From a virus, in the IMG/VR virus record IMGVR_UViG_3300046517_000866, positions 1 through 64,000 of that record: a stretch of 64,000 nt of DNA; one strand, given 5' to 3'. Every line of letters begins with the position of its first letter. The stretch's first letter is position 1. Shown piece by piece: positions 57,294 through 64,000 of this stretch. A program made the translations under genes and the position numbers. The notes beneath the pieces were generated by a model. That model searched no databases and was not told where the DNA came from. It saw only the letters and a list, made by a program, of their open reading frames with translations.

Positions 57294-57512
57294 TCAGCAC
57301 TTGCCGTGACGCATTGAGTCCATGGAGTCCCAAGTATCGTTGTCCCCATCGGTATCATAGGGGTCATTGGCTTGTGTCTGGAGTTTCGCCAGTCCGCGAG
57401 CCATCATGTTCTTGTGAGGGTTCGCCATCGGCGCAGCCTTCGGGTGCGTCGAGTTGATCATTCCCTTTGTGGGACGAACGGGTGCTTGCACGTTCTTTGT
57501 TGCAGACCACAT
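57294..57512 (-). CDS. Small hypothetical protein (MWSATKN...)
   Basis: AGGAG RBS just downstream of the tRNA. Confidence 0.55.
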   Translation of the reverse strand: MWSATKNVQAPVRPTKGMINSTHPKAAPMANPHKNMMARGLAKLQTQANDPYDTDGDNDTWDSMDSMRHGKC

Positions 57513-57537
57513 GATGAACTCCTGTTTCTTAGGAAAT

Positions 57538-57614
57538 TGGTGCCAGTAGCAAGGGTTCGAACCTGCGACCTGACGCTTACAAGGCGCCTGCTCTACCAAC
57601 TGAGCTATACCGGC
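57538..57614 (-). tRNA. tRNA-Thr (anticodon UGU) with encoded CCA
   Basis: GCCGGTA-TAGCTCAGTTGGTAGAGC-A-GGCGC-CTTGTAA-GCGTC-AGGTC-GCAGG-TTCGAAC-CCTTGC-TACTGGC-ACCA. Confidence 0.92.
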
Positions 57615-57628
57615 TCTCTTATAGTTAG

Positions 57629-57662
57629 AAAAACCCCGCAGGAAACCCCATTCCTGCGGGGG
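57629..57662 (-). terminator. Rho-independent terminator-like hairpin
   Basis: CCCCGCAGGAA...TTCCTGCGGGG followed by U-run on the minus strand. Confidence 0.55.
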
Positions 57663-57713
57663 TAGGGCCTAAGAGTTGGGTGTGGGGGGTGTGATCTTAG
57701 GCCGGAGTTCCTT

Positions 57714-58058
57714 TTAAGCGGACTTGTCGACCGGCGCGCCGACTTCAAGATCGGTGATACGCTGTGCCGACCTCGGGTCGAGCGTGACGTTGCAGTCCAC
57801 CGTGCCGACAACATCATTCTCGGTACCAGGAATGACCTCGGCGTCGGCTGTCACGGCAACACGTGCCGTTCCGGCAGTCACGCTGTTGATGACACCCGAC
57901 CACGTCTTGTTGTCATCGCTGGTCAAAGCAGAAACAGTAACCACCGTCTCGTCAGACGATGCGGCAGTCGGAGTGCCGGTAATAGCGACAACACGGCCTC
58001 GACCATCCTTGACCGAGAACGTAAACGGAACTGTCTGTTCTGTGGTGAAATCAACCAT
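57714..58058 (-). CDS. Ig-like domain virion protein
   Basis: SSDETVVTV, GTARVAVTAD pattern. Confidence 0.7.
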   Translation of the reverse strand: MVDFTTEQTVPFTFSVKDGRGRVVAITGTPTAASSDETVVTVSALTSDDNKTWSGVINSVTAGTARVAVTADAEVIPGTENDVVGTVDCNVTLDPRSAQRITDLEVGAPVDKSA

Positions 58059-58215
58059 GGGGTATCTCCTTGTCCATTGCCGTGCCGGGAATGATGATCA
58101 CTTCATTGGCGGCCAGCACTTTACCCACCAACGTCAGATAGTCTTTAAGCAGACCAAACTCGCCTGCTGTCGCAAGCGTATTGACTGTCGTCAAGAAAAT
58201 ACGAATGAGACTCAT
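58051..58215 (-). CDS. Hypothetical protein, 54 aa, absent from ORF track
   Basis: Manual translation MSLIRIFLTT...EIPHG; fills the gap. Confidence 0.5.
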   Translation of the reverse strand: MSLIRIFLTTVNTLATAGEFGLLKDYLTLVGKVLAANEVIIIPGTAMDKEIPHG

Positions 58216-58217
58216 TG

Positions 58218-58397
58218 TCACCGTCCCTTCGCGGCCAACTTGTTGAAGCGTTTGGCCCCGTACTTTTTGCGACCGATATAAGCGGCAAGTGCACCGCTTA
58301 TACCCTTCTTTCGAAGTGCTGCGAACCTTCCGCCAGTGCCCAGTTTTGCGTGAGGGTTCGGAGCAGGTTTATGAAGCTTCCTTGAGTAGCGTGCCAT
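58218..58397 (-). CDS. Highly basic 59-aa protein, absent from ORF track (MARYSRKLHKPAPNPHAKLGTGGRFAALRKKG...)
   Basis: Manual translation; GAGGAAAGG RBS; no acidic residues. Confidence 0.7.
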   Translation of the reverse strand: MARYSRKLHKPAPNPHAKLGTGGRFAALRKKGISGALAAYIGRKKYGAKRFNKLAAKGR

Positions 58398-58412
58398 TTT
58401 TGCCTTTCCTCT

Positions 58413-59345
58413 TTATGGATGACTACTAGCGTCGGTTAATGTACCGGTCGTCGTAAATGATCCACCCGTACCCTGATTGGTCCCGAATGCAGATGCGCTA
58501 CCACTAAACAATAGCGTGCCAGCTGTCCCAAGCGCAGCCGTAGCAACTGCAGGGTCGACCGGTTTTCCAGCCTCGTCAATAAATAAGCGCCTTGTCGCAA
58601 GTGGAATGTCACCACCCCCGTCTAGCAACGAAATGCCATAGAGTACGCGAAAATCGGCGATGTCACCGACAAAGTTGTCAAACCCGTCCGTCCCTATCCA
58701 TGTCTCCAGCCCATTACCACCGACTGTGAAAGGCGTGGTCGCTATAGCATCTACATTTGTCACGTCAACATCGTCAATATAAACCTTAATCGCCAATGAT
58801 GCCCCATCAAATCCAAGGATCATACAATGCCATAATCCATCATTCACTGCTGATGTCGAATGCGTTTCCATATTTGTGCTGACCGCAAACGGAACCGCGC
58901 CGACCTCATTATAAAGTATACCACTAATCAAGTTAAAATATGGATCAACGTCGTTTTCCGGGTCAACCACATAAAAGACGCCTCTCGCCTGCGTTGTCTT
59001 AAACCAGATGATGCTAGAAAATAAAGCACTAGCGCTTGCCGAAAGACTCGCAATCCGCAAGGAGGTCGATCCATCAAAGTGAACCGCTGAAGCAACGTAA
59101 GGTGGAGGAGTACTAAGCGCCAAGACGATGGCCGCCTCCCAACCAACTCCAGGATATTTTGCTTCCAATGCCTCACGCCAATCCACCGGACTAGCCGTGC
59201 TACTGATGAACGTCAACAAAGCTTGGCGCCAATCAACAGCCGACAAAGAACTTCCGGTCAAGCTAATGACAGCTTCACGCCAATCGACGCCACGCATCCC
59301 TGCCAATTCGGCGAGCGTTTCACGCCAATCAACATCCGCCATCAC
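58413..59345 (-). CDS. LamG/concanavalin-like virion protein with N-terminal VDWRE repeats
   Basis: HFDGS, VNDGLWH, YIDD, GDIADFR; four VDWR(E/Q) repeats. Confidence 0.7.
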   Translation of the reverse strand: MMADVDWRETLAELAGMRGVDWREAVISLTGSSLSAVDWRQALLTFISSTASPVDWREALEAKYPGVGWEAAIVLALSTPPPYVASAVHFDGSTSLRIASLSASASALFSSIIWFKTTQARGVFYVVDPENDVDPYFNLISGILYNEVGAVPFAVSTNMETHSTSAVNDGLWHCMILGFDGASLAIKVYIDDVDVTNVDAIATTPFTVGGNGLETWIGTDGFDNFVGDIADFRVLYGISLLDGGGDIPLATRRLFIDEAGKPVDPAVATAALGTAGTLLFSGSASAFGTNQGTGGSFTTTGTLTDASSHP

Positions 59346-59974
59346 GGAAACCTTTCGAATGCTATCCAGGTCCCCTCGACCCGGAATATAGTGCGTCCTT
59401 GTGACACGAGCTTGTCAATCACAGGCTTCACCTGGACAACCGGCATGTCATGATAATCATGCCAGATAATCGTACCACCAGGTTTGATTGCTGCAAGAGC
59501 CAACTCTGTGTCGTGAGTAACGCCACGTGCACTATGGTCACCATCGATAAAGATTACATCCGCAGGGGGCAACTCGCCCACCTTGATATCCCCGGAACCA
59601 TTTGCGCTGACCAGCAGTTCAAACCGCCGATCATTTACGCAGTGCCTACCGGGCGCTCCGGGTACTTCCCTTCGTTGGACGGGAAGTAACTTCGAACTGT
59701 AACCCGGAAGTACGTCGATACCTATATAACGTTGAAACTCAATGTGATCAAGGACCATTCGTGCAGTCCGCCCGGAGTTTACACCGATCTCGATCATCGT
59801 GTGTTTCGTCTGTGCAGTATTCGCAACTGCAAGGATCATCTCCATTTCGCCTTGGTTCAAGTAGGGCAGTCGAGACAATCCAGGCGTCCAACGAAAGTCT
59901 TTGGGCATGTAGCACTTCAACGCCTTTTGTTGAACGACCATCGGCGTTGTCTGTGGCCTCTTCACCGGGATCAT
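59342..59974 (-). CDS. Class I SAM-dependent methyltransferase (Methyltransf_24-like)
   Basis: IEIGVNSG, IFIDGDHS, PGG.IIWHDY. Confidence 0.85.
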   Translation of the reverse strand: MIPVKRPQTTPMVVQQKALKCYMPKDFRWTPGLSRLPYLNQGEMEMILAVANTAQTKHTMIEIGVNSGRTARMVLDHIEFQRYIGIDVLPGYSSKLLPVQRREVPGAPGRHCVNDRRFELLVSANGSGDIKVGELPPADVIFIDGDHSARGVTHDTELALAAIKPGGTIIWHDYHDMPVVQVKPVIDKLVSQGRTIFRVEGTWIAFERFP

Positions 59975-60885
59975 CTCAGGAACTCCATCAGCCTCTTGGT
60001 TGCATTGACCATGTCGATTTTCTTGTTGCAACTGTGCATGGCAGACCAACAGTTGCAAGGATTGATCGGGTCGATACCCAGGAATGGTGCCCATACAGTT
60101 GATGATCTATGTGCATATGAACTCTCCATTCCACCAAAAACAATTACAACTGGTGTCCCTGTCGCTTGGGCCATTGCAAGGGCGAAGCCTGGCGCTGCCA
60201 TTACAAGATTGGCAATCGAAAACAATCCAATCAATGTCTCAGTTGGTAAAGGATGTTCATAAAACTGGTGATCTGCCCATAGTTCTGGACCAATCAACCA
60301 CTCACGATCCTTTTCCAAGTCAGCAACAGAAACGACATGGAAATACTTGCGAATGGAGTTGTAAAGAGCAAAATAGTGGTTTGTATCTGGATTGCGTTGC
60401 GTAATCGGGTTCCATTCTGTTCGAACAGTCAATGGTCGGACAACAAGAATTGGCTTTTCAGGATACCCGATCAACTTTCGTGCAGCCTCCTGCCATGCTG
60501 CCGGAACCGTCATTCTGTAGTCATAGTCTGTTTCAATGTGAGTGACTGCAGCCATCGCTTGCGGCAGTCCACCTAACTGAACGGCGATTGGAAAGGGATA
60601 ATGAACTCTAACTTCTTGCAATGGGGTTGTCCCCATCGGATTTCTAACAAAGTACTTTAAGTTCTTGTTGACGCTTTTTGCCTGAGTCCGCAGTCGCGTA
60701 TTGGACGCAACGAACTTCAACCGAGGCATGTCGTGATAAATTGCGGGCCACGATGTCTCCAACCACACGTCTTCGGCCTTTTCCAGGATAGGCTTGACAA
60801 CTGCACGTTGGTAGAAACTGTCACCCATCCCCTGCATTCCATGGATGAAAACACGCCTTTGGATCGTGACATGCATGATTGCCAT
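59971..60885 (-). CDS. GT-B glycosyltransferase (GT9/heptosyltransferase-like)
   Basis: GMGDSFY, MAQATGTP.V.VFGG, PCNCW...C.K. Confidence 0.75.
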   Translation of the reverse strand: MAIMHVTIQRRVFIHGMQGMGDSFYQRAVVKPILEKAEDVWLETSWPAIYHDMPRLKFVASNTRLRTQAKSVNKNLKYFVRNPMGTTPLQEVRVHYPFPIAVQLGGLPQAMAAVTHIETDYDYRMTVPAAWQEAARKLIGYPEKPILVVRPLTVRTEWNPITQRNPDTNHYFALYNSIRKYFHVVSVADLEKDREWLIGPELWADHQFYEHPLPTETLIGLFSIANLVMAAPGFALAMAQATGTPVVIVFGGMESSYAHRSSTVWAPFLGIDPINPCNCWSAMHSCNKKIDMVNATKRLMEFLR

Positions 60886-60906
60886 CCGTGTTCGGATCAG
60901 GGGTGC

Positions 60907-61002
60907 CAAAATTCCTGCGATAGAGCGGGCTACAGAGGTTTTTGGGAGGGGAGCGCTACCTCCCTAGCGCCCCCATGCGAAAGGGCGCTGTAGCCCGCTC
61001 TA
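60907..61002. repeat. Dispersed quasi-palindromic intergenic element with perfect 15-bp arms
   Basis: TAGAGCGGGCTACAG / CTGTAGCCCGCTCTA flanking core GGAGCGCTACCTCCCTAGCGCCCC. Confidence 0.75.
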
Positions 61003-61037
61003 ATGGAGGGTCCGTTTGTTGTATTTTTGCAACACAC

Positions 61038-61475
61038 TCAGTACCCATTGAACAATTGATGCTTGAAGGACTCCAGCAAGAACAGCCCTGTCGCAAGGTC
61101 CAGATCATCGTCATGAATGAAGTGTGCATAACCGTCGTCATTCTCAATCAACACAATAGTATGCTTTGCCTTGTGCTCCGCTGCAGCCTCTAGAACAGAC
61201 TTTACTGCTCGCACCCGTTCGGGCAACTTGACTACAACATTGTCGGAAGACGCGCCAGGAGGTATGAACACACCACCCGCAGCATATTTGGTTTTGGATA
61301 CAGCATCATTATGACCAACTGCTGCAACCAACTGTGTATTGATCTCGTAAATCTGCTTACTCAACCATTCGTTAACTCGACAATCAATGTCGCCTGATTG
61401 CGCGTTTCGATTAAACACACGAGTTAGATAAGTCAGCAGGTCATAACGCTCGCGCAGTTGCTCATAGGTCATCAT
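61038..61475 (-). CDS. Hypothetical protein
   Basis: ORF track. Confidence 0.6.
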   Translation of the reverse strand: MMTYEQLRERYDLLTYLTRVFNRNAQSGDIDCRVNEWLSKQIYEINTQLVAAVGHNDAVSKTKYAAGGVFIPPGASSDNVVVKLPERVRAVKSVLEAAAEHKAKHTIVLIENDDGYAHFIHDDDLDLATGLFLLESFKHQLFNGY

Positions 61476-61702
61476 CGGATTATCTCCACACGTCGTAGCT
61501 TGCTTTGCGCTGGTTGCTTGTCTTTTGGAAAGACGCCGGGTCGCCGTAATGCAGCGTGACCTTTAGACGTTAAACTGTAACACCCTCGAAAATGGAATAA
61601 GTAACCCCTAATGACTAGTTGCGCCAATCGGCTTGGCGCAACGTATAGTCCAGTATGCCAACGCTTGAGGTCCCAAGTCGCGGGACCTATTCCAGTTCCC
61701 AC
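61472..61702 (-). CDS. Hypothetical protein
   Basis: ORF track; GAGG RBS. Confidence 0.45.
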   Translation of the reverse strand: MGTGIGPATWDLKRWHTGLYVAPSRLAQLVIRGYLFHFRGCYSLTSKGHAALRRPGVFPKDKQPAQSKLRRVEIIR

Positions 61703-61874
61703 ATCAGGCCTCTACAACAGGAACGTCTTGCCAGTCACGAACAATCCTAATCCACCCCTCTTTTGTTAGCATGGCTCCAGGGGTGTCCTCGTCAGCAAAC
61801 TCCCAGGTTTCTATGTACTGCTGGAGTCGATCACCGTCCTTGGTTCGGAGTATTCGTAATTGCATCTTGCAACC

Positions 61875-62510
61875 TCATGCCTTGGGAAGCACAATACCAA
61901 CTTGATCCTGGTACTTCCCCTTTCGATCGGCATACGATGTCTCACAACCCACCACATCAACACTCTCCAGCATTGGGTGACCCACATGCTTGGGTCTAGA
62001 AACAATATGCCGATGAAAGGTCAACTGCAGAAAACCCTCGCCAGCATACATACGCACGGGCAAGGGCGAGGTGTTAGCAATTTCTGTAGTGATCTGCCCA
62101 ACCCACTCCGGCTCGAGGGGCGTCACATTACAGACAATGCCGCAACGGGCATAAGTGGACTTGCCGATACATATGACCAACACGTCACGAGGAACTCGGA
62201 TCGTTTCCATGCTGACACCCAAAGCAAACGAGTTCGGAGGTATCAGTATCTCATCTGCCTCAACATCAACGAAACAACTATCGGCCATACTCTTCGGATC
62301 GATAACTGAATTGTTGACGTTCGTGAATACCTTGAACTGGCGACCCAGGCGAACGTCATACCCATAGGATGACAACCCATAGGAAATGATGCGGCCATTG
62401 CGGGTGAATACCCCGTGCTTTTCCTTGACCTGTGTTGCCGAAAACGGTGCAATCATCGGCACGTTTCCATAACAACGATCCTTGATTTCCCAGTCAGCCA
62501 TGATAGTCAT
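61875..62510 (-). CDS. dcd: dCTP deaminase
   Basis: [45 protein letters not shown]. Confidence 0.95.
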   Translation of the reverse strand: MTIMADWEIKDRCYGNVPMIAPFSATQVKEKHGVFTRNGRIISYGLSSYGYDVRLGRQFKVFTNVNNSVIDPKSMADSCFVDVEADEILIPPNSFALGVSMETIRVPRDVLVICIGKSTYARCGIVCNVTPLEPEWVGQITTEIANTSPLPVRMYAGEGFLQLTFHRHIVSRPKHVGHPMLESVDVVGCETSYADRKGKYQDQVGIVLPKA

Positions 62511-62624
62511 TCTTGCGCTTCCTTTTTCAATGAGACAAGACACGTTCCAGCAGCATACCCATTGACATACCAAACACCGCCGACGCAGCGCATAGCAACA
62601 ATATTCGAAAATGAAGATCAGTCA

Positions 62625-62849
62625 TCAGTTCACCGTTTCGTCATGACGCACAACAAGTGCTCCCAAACAATTGTAGACATGAGTCAGTAACACCTCCCAA
62701 TCCTTCTCGTAGTAGCGGCAGTGAATGTAACCAGCCATAACGCTTGTCAATGCCGACAAAGCAATATCGGGGTCATGATCTTCCAGTACTAGACAAAGTT
62801 GCAATGACAATTCATTGATGGACGCTACCCGCTGTTTCACATCAGCCAT
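62625..62849 (-). CDS. Hypothetical protein
   Basis: GGGAG RBS. Confidence 0.55.
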   Translation of the reverse strand: MADVKQRVASINELSLQLCLVLEDHDPDIALSALTSVMAGYIHCRYYEKDWEVLLTHVYNCLGALVVRHDETVN

Positions 62850-62878
62850 TTTTTGTGGACTCCCTTCATCCTCACATA

Positions 62879-63559
62879 CTACTTAATGAGGCGGGTCATG
62901 TGGACAACAACGTCAAGCCGACCACCGTCTGCCCCCCGACCTTCGGATCGAGTAACGGACTTGACCTTAAAATGATTGCCACGTTGAAACAAGAACTCGA
63001 ACTCCCTTGGATTGTAAATTGCCTTTGGGTTTTTAACAGTTGATGGGATCACCTGCAACAGCACATCAGTTTCGCCAAGGTTCCCCTTCAAAGCATGCTC
63101 CGCCCATGCTTTAGCGGTGGTAGTTGCAACGTAACCCTGGTCTACAAAAACTCCACCAACTTTTAATTTATCCAGCAATGGATCATCTTCCGGCAAATGC
63201 AAGCCACGCCACAATTTAACTCCAGCAGGAACAGGTCTTCCATTTTCGGCAAGGTCTTTGTCGATCGCTGCAACCTTAGTATCCAAATCTCGTCGCTCGT
63301 CTGAATACCCACCGTTGCGGAGATAGTCATTGATCTTTTCAAATTCAGATGAAAACATGTACTGCTTAACTGCGCCGTCAGATGTAGCAAAGCGGCCCTT
63401 CTCATCATGATAGGGGTTCATACCCAACTTATGTGCACCAAGAGGATGACGCGTTGCAAAGAAACTACCCACCTTCTTCGGCTCGTCCTCGACTATGTTC
63501 AAAGTTCCGTCTTCAAGCATGCCGGGCGGAGTATCGTCAACTGACTTGTTCATGATCAC
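62879..63559 (-). CDS. ADP-ribosyltransferase (VIP2/C3-like, R-S-E clade) with N-terminal NPYHDEKGRF motif
   Basis: INDYLR, LWRG, GYVATT, EFEFLFQRG..FKV. Confidence 0.8.
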   Translation of the reverse strand: MIMNKSVDDTPPGMLEDGTLNIVEDEPKKVGSFFATRHPLGAHKLGMNPYHDEKGRFATSDGAVKQYMFSSEFEKINDYLRNGGYSDERRDLDTKVAAIDKDLAENGRPVPAGVKLWRGLHLPEDDPLLDKLKVGGVFVDQGYVATTTAKAWAEHALKGNLGETDVLLQVIPSTVKNPKAIYNPREFEFLFQRGNHFKVKSVTRSEGRGADGGRLDVVVHMTRLIK

Positions 63560-63999
63560 ACCTCTCGCAACACTGTATCATACTTGCCGTCTTTTGCTTT
63601 CTTGACGGAAATGACTTTGAACCGTGTACCACTCCTGAATAGAACCTCCCGTTCCTCAGGATTAAAAGCAATTCGTGCAATGTCCTTGCCAGTCTTGCCT
63701 TGGATCGTGAAATTGACAAGTGGCCGATGCCCCGGGTCAAAACTACTGTCCGATCGTTTTGTACTCAAGAACGCCCGTTCCTCAATCGTCTTTCCAACTG
63801 CATCCTGATAAACCTTCAACACGTCTGGATTGTTGGACCCGACACGATCGGTCGTTCCTTCATAATTAGGCATACGCCCCAGTGCTGAGTTCAGCTTTTC
63901 GACGTAATCCTGCTGCTCAGGAGTCAACGTCTGGCGCCGCAATGAATTGTTTATACCGAGGTAGGACGGACCCGTGTAGTCATGAATGATGTTGCGCTC
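63556..63999 (-). CDS. ADP-ribosyltransferase domain, C-terminal part of a gene starting beyond the window (possibly a MuF fusion)
   Basis: Frame open to the edge: DYTG..Y..INNSLR, FLST, EREVLFRSGTRFKV. Confidence 0.82.
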   Translation of the reverse strand, partial: ERNIIHDYTGPSYLGINNSLRRQTLTPEQQDYVEKLNSALGRMPNYEGTTDRVGSNNPDVLKVYQDAVGKTIEERAFLSTKRSDSSFDPGHRPLVNFTIQGKTGKDIARIAFNPEEREVLFRSGTRFKVISVKKAKDGKYDTVLREV

Positions 64000-64000
64000 A

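Noticed and set aside
61875-62510. dCTP deaminase as evidence for uracil-substituted DNA
   Set aside because: The polymerase carries a UDG-like domain, no UDG inhibitor is evident, and dcd commonly just supplies dUMP for dTTP synthesis.
4480-64000. Additional hammerheads outside the early region
   Set aside because: Scattered CTGATGA/TCATCAG matches (e.g. near 8793) lack the GAAAC/NUH partner and stems; a covariance-model scan would be needed to exclude divergent copies.

Overview
This window is a 64-kb slice of a lytic-looking tailed dsDNA phage genome (siphovirus-type tail: tail tube, chaperone with -1 frameshift, 1247-aa tape measure). No integrase is visible and the host cannot be determined. 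Layout: (i) 1-3650, a minus-strand early/accessory region of small genes; (ii) 4.5-10.3 kb, minus-strand SNF2 helicase, DnaB and QueE; (iii) 10.7-34.8 kb, a plus-strand replication, recombination and DNA-modification block (primase, sigma-like factor, queD/queC/folE/dpdA, sliding clamp, UDG-PolA fusion, clamp loader, SSB, RecA, resolvase, PNKP-type phosphatase, SbcCD); (iv) 34.8-64 kb, minus-strand lysis, tail and head genes, tRNA-Thr, glycosyl/methyltransferases, dCTP deaminase and two ADP-ribosyltransferases. The standout observation is that every intergenic gap of the early region carries a type II hammerhead ribozyme fold on the mRNA strand: 9 complete copies plus 1 half copy. Cores are near-invariant (GAAAC...GUC^...CUGAUGA-U) while stems and a pseudoknot covary, and each copy is followed by a GGAGAGAG(A/U)C ribosome-binding site. 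This reads as a self-cleaving [ribozyme-RBS-ORF]n array that would cut one polycistronic transcript into hairpin-capped, mostly single-gene mRNAs. The second highlight is a 7-deazaguanine DNA-modification cluster with an inserted class III aminotransferase and an HPS/OMPDC-fold enzyme, suggesting a possibly uncharacterised hypermodified base. All calls come from reading motifs by eye; no database searches were run.
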